The notes beneath the pieces were generated by a model. That model saw only the letters and a program-made list of their open reading frames with translations, did not search any database and had not been told where the DNA came from. The position numbers and the translations under genes were made by a program. Source: Candidatus Iainarchaeum sp. (GTDB taxonomy: Archaea; Iainarchaeota; Iainarchaeia; Iainarchaeales; 0-14-0-20-34-12). Taken from it: a stretch of DNA of 32,000 bases. Every line of letters starts with the position of its first letter. The first letter of the stretch is position 1. The stretch covers positions 2,024 through 34,023 of the forward strand of contig JAUSKK010000036.1 in NCBI GenBank assembly GCA_030649345.1, written 5' to 3'. Of the stretch, positions 9,007 to 15,306 are shown one piece after another.

Positions 9007-9273
9007 ATGAATAATTGTTCATTTTGTGGAACTAACATTCAACAAGGTACTGGAATTATTTTTGTAAAAAGAACCGGAAAACGTTTTGATTTCTGTTCAC
9101 GAAAATGTGAAAAAAATTTAATGAAATTAAATCGAAATCCAAGAAATTTCAAATGGACCCAAGAATACTGGAAAGAAAAAGGATTCCAGCAAGAAAAAGC
9201 AGGAAAAACTGAAACAGCTAAAAAAGAAGAAACTACAGAAAAGAAAGCTGTGAAACGAAAAAGAAAAAAGTAA
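9007..9273 (+). CDS. rpl24e: 50S ribosomal protein eL24 (L24e)
   Basis: 88 aa. CSFCGTNIQQGTGIIFVKRTGKRFDFCSRKCEKN is the L24e zinc-ribbon signature, followed by a lysine-rich tail. Confidence 0.93.
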   Translation: MNNCSFCGTNIQQGTGIIFVKRTGKRFDFCSRKCEKNLMKLNRNPRNFKWTQEYWKEKGFQQEKAGKTETAKKEETTEKKAVKRKRKK

Positions 9274-9274
9274 A
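9251..9274 (+). repeat. Direct repeat copy 1: last 6 codons plus TAA of rpl24e
   Basis: TGAAACGAAAAAGAAAAAAGTAAA matches 9375-9398 at 22/24. Patchy similarity (AATT..GTGG..CTG..CAAT) continues about 25 nt further in both copies. Confidence 0.8.
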
Positions 9275-9281
9275 CAATTCT

Positions 9282-9376
9282 GTGGTGCTGCAAGCACAAT
9301 AAAACAAAATGTTTTATGTGCATCAAAATCAGCAGATTTTGATTGCACCACGTTCGACCAACCGGAACCCCGGTTG
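9282..9376 (+). repeat. GC-rich structured intercistronic element, copy I1 (two-stem module)
   Basis: Stem 1 is GTGGTGC 9282-9288 / GCACCAC 9345-9351. It encloses two hairpins, 9294-9321 (12 bp with 1 bulge) and ATCAAAAT/ATTTTGAT 9322-9343. Linker is G-TTCGA. Stem 2 is CAACCGG-AACC-CCGGTTG at 9359-9376. Confidence 0.7.
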
Positions 9377-9398
9377 AAACGAAAGCGAAAAAAGTAAA
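9375..9398 (+). repeat. Direct repeat copy 2 of the rpl24e 3' end
   Basis: TGAAACGAAAGCGAAAAAAGTAAA. The two differences from copy 1 (AAA>AAG, AGA>CGA) are synonymous in the rpl24e frame, so it still reads KRKRKK-stop. Confidence 0.8.
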
Positions 9399-9406
9399 AT
9401 AATTTA

Positions 9407-9455
9407 GTGGCACTGGCGCAGCAATGCAACAGTGTCACATACTATCAATCCGGTG
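9407..9455 (+). repeat. Degenerate copy (I5) of the two-stem element
   Basis: Stem GTGGCACTG 9407-9415 / CAGTGTCAC 9430-9438 (9 bp including one G-U). It is followed by A-TACTA-TCAATCCGG, which resembles the core GCAsCAC-G-TGCTA-CCAACCsG at 13/20 against copy I4. Confidence 0.45.
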
Positions 9456-9925
9456 ATATTTTGGAACGAACGTTAATTATTGTAAAACCAGATGCAGTTC
9501 AACGAGGCTTGGTCGGAGAAATTGTAAAAAGATTTGAAGACAAAGGCTTGAAAATTGTAGCCATGAAATTAGAAGTATTGGCTGAAGAAAAACTCAAAGA
9601 ACATTATGCGCATCATTCCACAAAACCATTTTTTCCTGAATTGGTCAACTTTATGAAAAGTACACCTAGTGTATTAATGGTCTTGGAAGGCACAGAATGT
9701 GTTCGAGTGATTCGACAAATGTTGGGTGCCACCAATGGAAGAGATGCAACTTCTGGAACTTTACGCGGAGATTATTCCATTAGCAATCAAAATAATTTAG
9801 TTCATGCCAGTGAAAGTTTGGAAGCAGCAGAAAAAGAAATTGCTCGCTTTTTCAAAAAAGAAGAAGTCATGAATTACACCAAAACTTTAACTGAATGGTT
9901 TTATGCCAGTAAAGAAAAAAATTAA
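9407..9925 (+). CDS. ndk: Nucleoside diphosphate kinase
   Basis: ERTLIIVKPDAVQRGLVGEI..RFE.KGLKIVAMK...NLVHASES is the NDK signature with the active-site His. The conserved core begins at TTG 9461 (MERTLIIVKPD). GTG 9407 is the first base of a hairpin arm, so the first 18 codons are doubtful. Confidence 0.88.
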   Translation: MALAQQCNSVTYYQSGDILERTLIIVKPDAVQRGLVGEIVKRFEDKGLKIVAMKLEVLAEEKLKEHYAHHSTKPFFPELVNFMKSTPSVLMVLEGTECVRVIRQMLGATNGRDATSGTLRGDYSISNQNNLVHASESLEAAEKEIARFFKKEEVMNYTKTLTEWFYASKEKN

Positions 9926-9934
9926 GGGATTGTT

Positions 9935-10378
9935 TTGAACACTGCAGATTTGAAAGTATTTATTCGAAAAGTAAACGAACAAGCCATCTTGCCGCAGTAT
10001 GCTCATGAAAGCGATGCCGGCATGGATTTGTATGCTTGTGAAGAAACAGTTATTTTACCCGGGCAATGGAAAATGGTCAGTACTGGAATTTCCATTGAAA
10101 TGCCGCATGGCCTAGAAGCTCAAGTGCGGCCTAGATCTGGATTGGCAGCCAAGCATGGTTTAAGTGTATTGAATACTCCGGGAACCATTGATCCAGATTA
10201 TCGCGGAGAAATTAAAGTAATATTAATTAATTTTGGAAGCCAAGAATACAAAGTTGAATTTGGACACAAAATTGCTCAAATGGTTTTCAACAAAATTGAA
10301 AAACCCAAAATTGAAACAGTAGACCAATTAAGCGAAACCCAGCGCGGAGAAAAAGGCTTTGGTTCTACTGGAAAATAA
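9935..10378 (+). CDS. dut: dUTP diphosphatase (trimeric dUTPase)
   Basis: 147 aa. SDAGMDLYA, RPRSGLAAKHG, NTPGTIDPDYRGEIKVILIN, KIAQMVF and RGEKGFGSTG are the five dUTPase motifs. TTG start. Confidence 0.92.
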   Translation: MNTADLKVFIRKVNEQAILPQYAHESDAGMDLYACEETVILPGQWKMVSTGISIEMPHGLEAQVRPRSGLAAKHGLSVLNTPGTIDPDYRGEIKVILINFGSQEYKVEFGHKIAQMVFNKIEKPKIETVDQLSETQRGEKGFGSTGK

Positions 10379-10474
10379 TATTGATTGCATACGGGTCAAG
10401 GCGCTGAGCCAACCAAAAGAAATATCCATTCAAAGTGCAGGATTACAGAATCCTAAAACTTTGAATAACTGTGT

Positions 10475-12229
10475 GTGAAAATTATGATTCGACAACCGAT
10501 TATTGTAGTCATGGGCCATATTGACCATGGAAAAACCAAATTATTGGACAGAATTCGCGGAACCACTATAGCTGAAAGAGAAGCTGGAGCGATTACGCAA
10601 CATATTGGTGCTACTGAATTACCTGAAAATAAAATTCAAGCTATTTCTGGAAACTTATTAAAGCAATTTGGATTTCAATTAGAAATTCCAGGCTTATTGT
10701 TTATTGATACGCCTGGGCATGATGCATTCACGAATTTAAGAAGACGCGGTGGAAGCATTGCCGATTTATCTATTTTAGTTGTAGACTGCATGCAAGGAAT
10801 TCAACCGCAAACTTTGGAAGCCATTCAAATTTTGAAAACATTCAAAGTACCGTTTGTGGTAGCGTTTAATAAAATTGACAAATTACAAAACTGGCAAAGC
10901 AAGACAGGTTCGTTTTTAGAAAATGAAAAAATTCAAACTACCCATGCCCAAGAATTATTGGATAAAAAAATCTATGAATTGGTTGGAAGATTGTTTGAAT
11001 TAGGATTTGAAGCAGAACGCTTTGATCGAATTCAAGATTTCCGAAAACAAATAGCTATTGTTCCTTTGTCGGCTGTGGTGGGAGAAGGAATTCCTGAATT
11101 GTTAATGATGCTGTCTGGTTTAAGTCAAAAGTTTTTGAAAAACAAATTGGAAATCGGAGAACAAGAAAAATGCAAAGGCACTGTCTTGGAAGTCAAAGAA
11201 GACAAAGGCCTAGGAACAACATTGGATGTAATTTTATACGAAGGATCTTTACGCGTAGGAGATATCATTGCTGTTGGAACCAAACAAGGAGTCACTGAAA
11301 CCAAAATTCGTACTTTACTCAAACCCAAACCATTATCGGAAATACGGGATGAAAAAAATGTATTCAAATCAGTAGAATCTGTAAGCGCGGCTTGCGGAGT
11401 AAAAATTTCCGCTCCAAACTTAGAAAATGTTTTAGCGGGTTCTCCAGTATTGGATGCCAGTGTGGAATCACGGCAACAAATATTGGATGAAATTAAATCC
11501 ATTAAAATTTCAACCGAAGATATTGGCTTAGTCATCAAAGCAGATACTTTAGGATCCTTGGAAGCATTGATTGGATTAATGAAAAACAATCAAATTCCAG
11601 TACGATCCGCAGATGTAGGAATGGTTACCAAAAAAGATGTCATGGAAGCTTTGGCTTCAAAAGAAAAAGATGTTTACCATGGCTGTATTGTTGCATTCAA
11701 TGTAGAAATTGATAAAACTGCAGAAGACGAAGCCAAAAAAAGAGAGATTCAATTATTTTCAGGAAAAGTAGTGTACACCATTATTGATGAATATTCAAAT
11801 TGGGTAAAAACTCAAAAAGATCAAATGAAAAAAAACAAGTCTACTTTCTTGATAAGTCCAGCAAAAATTGAAGTATTGCGAGGCTTTGTTTTTAGAAGAT
11901 CCGATCCAGCCGTGGTTGGCGTAAAAGTATTGATTGGAAAAATTAAATCCAAAACAACATTGATTAATGAAAATACAATGGTACGATTGCAGGGATTGCA
12001 GGAAGAAAAAAAGGCTGTTGAATCTGCAGAAAAAGGAAAAGAACTGGCAGCATCCTTAGAGAATGCAGTCATTGGCCGAAACTTGTTTGAAGGAGATATA
12101 TTGTATACGTATATTCCAGAAAGCCAATTTGAAGAAATTCCAAAGTATTTGGAGCTAAATTCTGAAGAATTGGCCTTACTGGAGGAAATAAAAAATGTTC
12201 AAATCAAACATAAAGAGAACGGAGGATAA
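10475..12229 (+). CDS. infB: Translation initiation factor aIF5B (IF-2 homologue)
   Basis: 584 aa. PIIVVMGHIDHGKTKLLDRIRGT (G1), DTPGH (G3) and NKID (G4), with four-domain length. Start is GTG 10475 or ATG 10484. Confidence 0.93.
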   Translation: MKIMIRQPIIVVMGHIDHGKTKLLDRIRGTTIAEREAGAITQHIGATELPENKIQAISGNLLKQFGFQLEIPGLLFIDTPGHDAFTNLRRRGGSIADLSILVVDCMQGIQPQTLEAIQILKTFKVPFVVAFNKIDKLQNWQSKTGSFLENEKIQTTHAQELLDKKIYELVGRLFELGFEAERFDRIQDFRKQIAIVPLSAVVGEGIPELLMMLSGLSQKFLKNKLEIGEQEKCKGTVLEVKEDKGLGTTLDVILYEGSLRVGDIIAVGTKQGVTETKIRTLLKPKPLSEIRDEKNVFKSVESVSAACGVKISAPNLENVLAGSPVLDASVESRQQILDEIKSIKISTEDIGLVIKADTLGSLEALIGLMKNNQIPVRSADVGMVTKKDVMEALASKEKDVYHGCIVAFNVEIDKTAEDEAKKREIQLFSGKVVYTIIDEYSNWVKTQKDQMKKNKSTFLISPAKIEVLRGFVFRRSDPAVVGVKVLIGKIKSKTTLINENTMVRLQGLQEEKKAVESAEKGKELAASLENAVIGRNLFEGDILYTYIPESQFEEIPKYLELNSEELALLEEIKNVQIKHKENGG

Positions 12230-12233
12230 ATAA

Positions 12234-12293
12234 ATGGTTCCAAAATTCGAAAGAATTTTGAAACTTTAAAAAACACGGAGGTTTTTTAATGGC
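12234..12293 (+). promoter_or_regulatory. 60-nt upstream cassette, copy A (hairpin + AAACTTTAAAAAA + GGAGG + T6 + ATGGC), ending in the rps6e start
   Basis: 50/60 identical to 22813-22872. The 8-bp stem CAAAATTC/GAATTTTG (12241-12260) is intact in both copies while all 4 loop bases differ. Confidence 0.7.
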
Positions 12294-12711
12294 CGCGCCA
12301 AAATTAGATCAAAAAGTTGGAATGAATTTAGTAATCTCAGACCCAAAGACTGGAAACAGTTACAAAAAAGATACAGAACAGCCTGTTTTTTTAAATAAAA
12401 AAGTTGGTGAAACTGTAGACTTAAGCACAGTTGGATTGCAAGGCTATAAAGCTTTGATTACCGGCGGAAGTGACAAAGATGGTTTTCCATTAAAGCCTAC
12501 TTTGCCTGGAAGTGCAAGAAAAAAAGTATTGATTTCCCGAGGAGTTGGTTTACGACAAACCATTAAAGGCAGCCGGAGAAGAATTCGAGTCCGAGGAAAT
12601 CTTATTGCAGATGACGTACGACAAGTGAATTTAAAAATCACAGAATATGGAACACCTACATTGGAAACCATTTTCCCAAAAGCACCCAAAGCAGAAGACC
12701 AAGCAAAATAG
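12289..12711 (+). CDS. rps6e: 30S ribosomal protein eS6 (S6e)
   Basis: 140 aa. KLVISDPKTGNSYK...ITGGSDKDGFPL...RRR.RVRG is the S6e signature. GGAGG lies 8 nt upstream. Confidence 0.93.
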   Translation: MAAPKLDQKVGMNLVISDPKTGNSYKKDTEQPVFLNKKVGETVDLSTVGLQGYKALITGGSDKDGFPLKPTLPGSARKKVLISRGVGLRQTIKGSRRRIRVRGNLIADDVRQVNLKITEYGTPTLETIFPKAPKAEDQAK

Positions 12712-12724
12712 TTTTTGCGGGTCA

Positions 12725-12744
12725 CAGAAAACCAAGGTTTTCTG
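12725..12744 (+). other. Perfect inverted repeat just after the rps6e stop
   Basis: CAGAAAACC-AA-GGTTTTCTG, preceded by CGGGTCA (12718-12724). The same 7-mer follows the dut stop at 10392-10398. An alternative GTTTT/GAAAC pairing overlaps its 3' arm. Confidence 0.5.
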
Positions 12745-12790
12745 AAGAAACAAAAAAAGAATAATAAAATAAATGGATGTGAACTAACTC

Positions 12791-14014
12791 ATGGCTGGAA
12801 AAAAAGTAAAAACAGACAGCAGTGCACAATGCGTGCAAGCTGAAGTGAATATTGGTTTAGCCGGCCATGTAGATGCAGGAAAAACAACTTTAACTCAAGC
12901 ATTGAGTGGAAAATGGACAGACACGCATAGTGAAGAATTAAAGCGCGGAATTTCAATACGATTGGGATATGCGGATATTGGAATTTATAAATGCAGTAAA
13001 TGCAAAGAATTTAATTATTCGAATACCAGTGAATGCCCACAGTGTAAATCTCCAGGTATTTTAGACCGCAAAGTTAGTTTTGTGGATGCGCCAGGGCATG
13101 AAACATTAATGACTACTATGTTAAGTGGAGCTGCACTTATGCAAGGCGCTTTGTTGGTAATTGCCGCCAATGAAACTTGCCCGCAAGCACAAACCATTGA
13201 ACACTTGAATGCATTAATTATCAGCGGCATCGAGCAAGTCATTGTAGTGCAAAGCAAAGTAGATTTGGTCACCGAAGAACGAGCATTGGAAAGTCATAAA
13301 GAAATTAAAGAATTTTTGAAAGACACCCAATACAAAAACGCGCCCATTGTACCCATTGCAGCACATTTCAAAATCAATATTGATATATTATTGGAAGAAA
13401 TTCAAAAAAGTATTTCTTCGCCGAAATTTGATTCTACAAAACCATTGAAAATGTTTTGTGCACGATCTTTTGATATTAATAAACCAGGAACGCTTCCTTC
13501 AGAATTACATGGAAGTGTTTTAGGCGGAACCATTATTCAAGGAACCATCAAAAAAGGAGACACCATTGAATTAACTCCTTGGCTGGATGGAAAACAAATT
13601 CAAACCAAAGTTATTGAAATTCGAACCAGCGATGGAGTCTTAGAAGAAGCCAAGCCAGGCGGTTTAATTGCAATAGAAACTTTATTGGATCCAAGTTTAG
13701 CACAAAACGATCAGCTTAAAGGCCAAAACATTGGAGCTGTAGGAATATTCTCTGAACCTACCACAGTCTTGAAAATAGAAATGCATTTTTTGGATCGAGT
13801 TGTTGTCAGCAGTGCTAAACGAGTAGTGCAAGGAGATGACTTGGTTTTAACAGTTGGAACTGCAACTTTGTTGGGAATTGTTTCCAGCGTAAAAGGAAAT
13901 ACTGTAGTTGTTGCTTTGAAGAAACCAGCCGTAGCTGAAAAAGAACAAAAACTTGCAGTCAGCAAACGAGACCAAATGAAATGGAGATTAATTGCTTACG
14001 CAATCAATAAATAA
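12791..14014 (+). CDS. eif2g: Translation initiation factor aIF2 gamma subunit
   Basis: 407 aa. NIGLAGHVDAGKTTLTQALSGKWTDTHSEELKRGISIRLGYA, the zinc knuckle CSKC..CPQC, DAPGH and SKVD. Confidence 0.95.
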   Translation: MAGKKVKTDSSAQCVQAEVNIGLAGHVDAGKTTLTQALSGKWTDTHSEELKRGISIRLGYADIGIYKCSKCKEFNYSNTSECPQCKSPGILDRKVSFVDAPGHETLMTTMLSGAALMQGALLVIAANETCPQAQTIEHLNALIISGIEQVIVVQSKVDLVTEERALESHKEIKEFLKDTQYKNAPIVPIAAHFKINIDILLEEIQKSISSPKFDSTKPLKMFCARSFDINKPGTLPSELHGSVLGGTIIQGTIKKGDTIELTPWLDGKQIQTKVIEIRTSDGVLEEAKPGGLIAIETLLDPSLAQNDQLKGQNIGAVGIFSEPTTVLKIEMHFLDRVVVSSAKRVVQGDDLVLTVGTATLLGIVSSVKGNTVVVALKKPAVAEKEQKLAVSKRDQMKWRLIAYAINK

Positions 14015-14015
14015 T
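13983..14015 (+). repeat. Direct repeat copy 1: last 9 codons plus TAA of aIF2-gamma
   Basis: GGAGATTAATTGCTTACGCAATCAATAAATAAT is identical (33/33) to 14075-14107. Confidence 0.95.
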
Positions 14016-14074
14016 CAAAACTATCGAGGCAAAGCCGAAGATAGTTTAAAGTACCGCCGGCTTTCCGGCGAAAC
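14016..14074 (+). repeat. GC-rich two-hairpin insert, copy I2
   Basis: 29/59 G+C. Hairpin 1 is AAACTATC 14018-14025 / GATAGTTT 14040-14047, with GGC-AAA-GCC in the loop. Linker is AAAGTA. Hairpin 2 is CGCCGG-CTTT-CCGGCG at 14055-14070. Tail is AAAC. The right half aligns with I1 (ACC..CCGG..CCGG..GAAAC). Confidence 0.75.
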
Positions 14075-14107
14075 GGAGATTAATTGCTTACGCAATCAAT
14101 AAATAAT
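14075..14107 (+). repeat. Direct repeat copy 2 of the aIF2-gamma 3' end
   Basis: 33/33 identity to 13983-14015. It ends exactly at ATG 14108. Confidence 0.95.
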
Positions 14108-14587
14108 ATGCAATCAATCAATAAAAAAATGAATATTAAAAATGAAAAAAAATTAAACAGTGCTGCTGAAGTGCAACGAAAGCAGCACGTGCTACCAACC
14201 CGCACGCGGGTTGCAATTGACACAAATATGTTGTTAAGTGTCAGTCAATTAAAATTGGATATTTTTCAAGAAGTAGTCAACGAATTTGGAGAACAAAATT
14301 CTGAAATTGCAATCCCAGATAGGGTATTAAATGAATTAAAAAAATTGGCAGAAATTGAAAAAAACAAAGATGCCATTTTAGCTCAAGCCTGGTTAAACCA
14401 GAAAAAATTTAAAGTTTTGAAAGCCCAAAAGGCCGATAATGCAGATAAAGCCCTTTTAGAGCTTGCAAAACAAGGGTTTATCATAGCTACCAATGATAAA
14501 GTCTTACGAAAAAGTATAAAAAACGTTAATGGCAAGAGTATTTATATTAGAAAACGAAAAGTACTAGACTTTTCAGAAACATTCTAA
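14108..14587 (+). CDS. PIN-domain protein (the Fcf1/Utp23-like PIN gene conserved between aIF2-gamma and rpoE in archaea)
   Basis: The core VAIDTNMLL...IPDRVLNEL...DKALLELAKQGFIIATNDKVLRK carries PIN acidic residues. Gene order aIF2gamma-PIN-Rpo7-Spt4-S24e-S27ae is conserved. The start is uncertain: TTG 14084 lies inside the duplicated repeat, and other candidates are ATG 14108, ATG 14129 and GTG 14189. Confidence 0.72.
   Translation: MQSINKKMNIKNEKKLNSAAEVQRKQHVLPTRTRVAIDTNMLLSVSQLKLDIFQEVVNEFGEQNSEIAIPDRVLNELKKLAEIEKNKDAILAQAWLNQKKFKVLKAQKADNADKALLELAKQGFIIATNDKVLRKSIKNVNGKSIYIRKRKVLDFSETF
14160..14213 (+). repeat. Two-stem element, copy I4, inside the 5' extension of the PIN ORF
   Basis: Stem 1 is GTGCTGC 14160-14166 / GCAGCAC 14182-14188. 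Linker is G-TGCTA. Stem 2 is CAACCCG-CACG-CGGGTTG at 14196-14213. The core 14182-14201 is 16/20 identical to 9345-9364 and 15/20 to 22517-22536. Confidence 0.7.
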
Positions 14588-14617
14588 TTATTTAACAATT
14601 ATTGAGGTGTGAAATTC

Positions 14618-15235
14618 ATGTATGAATTGGTTAAAATTAAAGACAAAGTAAGAGTGCCGCCTGCACAATTTGGAAAAAATTTAACCGAAGCTTTGCTGAC
14701 TTTAACTCAACAACAATACGAAGGATTATTGGATGAAGATTTAGGAGTCATTGTAGCTATCACGCAAGCCGTAAAAAGCGGTGAAGGAAAAGTTGTATTG
14801 GGAGACGGAGCAGCCTACTACGAAACTGAATTAGAAATGGTAGTATACAAGCCGAGAATGCAGGAAGTCATAGAAGGAGTTGTCAGCGAGACCACAGAAT
14901 TTGGTGCATTTGTACGCATTGGCCCAATTGACGGCTTGGTTCATGTCAGTCAAATAATGGATGAATTCATCAATTACGATAGCAAAAATACTTGCTTTGT
15001 TGGAAAAGATTCTGGAAGAAAATTAAAAAAAGAAGATGCAGTCACAGCCAGAATTGTAACCATTAGTTTAAAGGGAGCCATTGCAGATTCCAAATTAGGA
15101 TTAACCATGCGCCAGCCTTTTTTAGGAAAAAAAGAATGGAATACTGGAGCACCTATTGAAAAGAAACCCATGGTTGCAAAAAAAGAAAAAATGGAAAAGC
15201 AGAAACCAGACAATAGACCTGCAGAAAAAAAATAA
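14618..15235 (+). CDS. rpoE: DNA-directed RNA polymerase subunit E' (Rpo7), S1 domain
   Basis: MYELVKIKDKVRVPP..FG, then VIEGVVSETTEFGAFVRIGPIDGLVHVSQI (S1 fold). GAGGTG lies 9 nt before ATG 14618; GTG 14609 abuts the SD. Confidence 0.9.
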   Translation: MYELVKIKDKVRVPPAQFGKNLTEALLTLTQQQYEGLLDEDLGVIVAITQAVKSGEGKVVLGDGAAYYETELEMVVYKPRMQEVIEGVVSETTEFGAFVRIGPIDGLVHVSQIMDEFINYDSKNTCFVGKDSGRKLKKEDAVTARIVTISLKGAIADSKLGLTMRQPFLGKKEWNTGAPIEKKPMVAKKEKMEKQKPDNRPAEKK

Positions 15236-15268
15236 GGTGAATTTTAAATGAATTTAAAATTTAAAAAA

Positions 15269-15306
15269 AATTTTAAAACTTTAAAAAACCGGGGGTTTTT
15301 TAAATG
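15269..15306 (+). promoter_or_regulatory. Partial third copy (C) of the upstream cassette, ending in the spt4 start
   Basis: AATTTTAAAACTTTAAAAAACCGGGGGTTTTTTAAATG aligns with the 3' two-thirds of cassette A (20/21 over AATTTTGAAACTTTAAAAAAC). It is preceded by an AT-only palindrome, AATTTTAAAT/ATTTAAAATT, at 15240-15261. Confidence 0.55.

Noticed and set aside
9039-9438. Antisense and overlapping ORFs from the six-frame track (for example 9039-9413 and 9127-9438 minus; 22309-22575 minus; 22322-22600 plus; 20535-20864 minus; 15300-15644 minus)
   Set aside because: They lie opposite or inside strongly supported genes. They are low-complexity F/L/S/C-rich translations of A-rich coding strands and lack SD motifs. 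I treat them as spurious.
10371-10492. Possible tail duplication at dut/infB: GAAAATAATATTGATTGCA versus GAAAATTATGATTCGA
   Set aside because: The alignment needs two gaps for 13 matches in A/T-rich sequence, which is not distinguishable from chance by eye. I mention it only as a candidate for a proper statistical scan.
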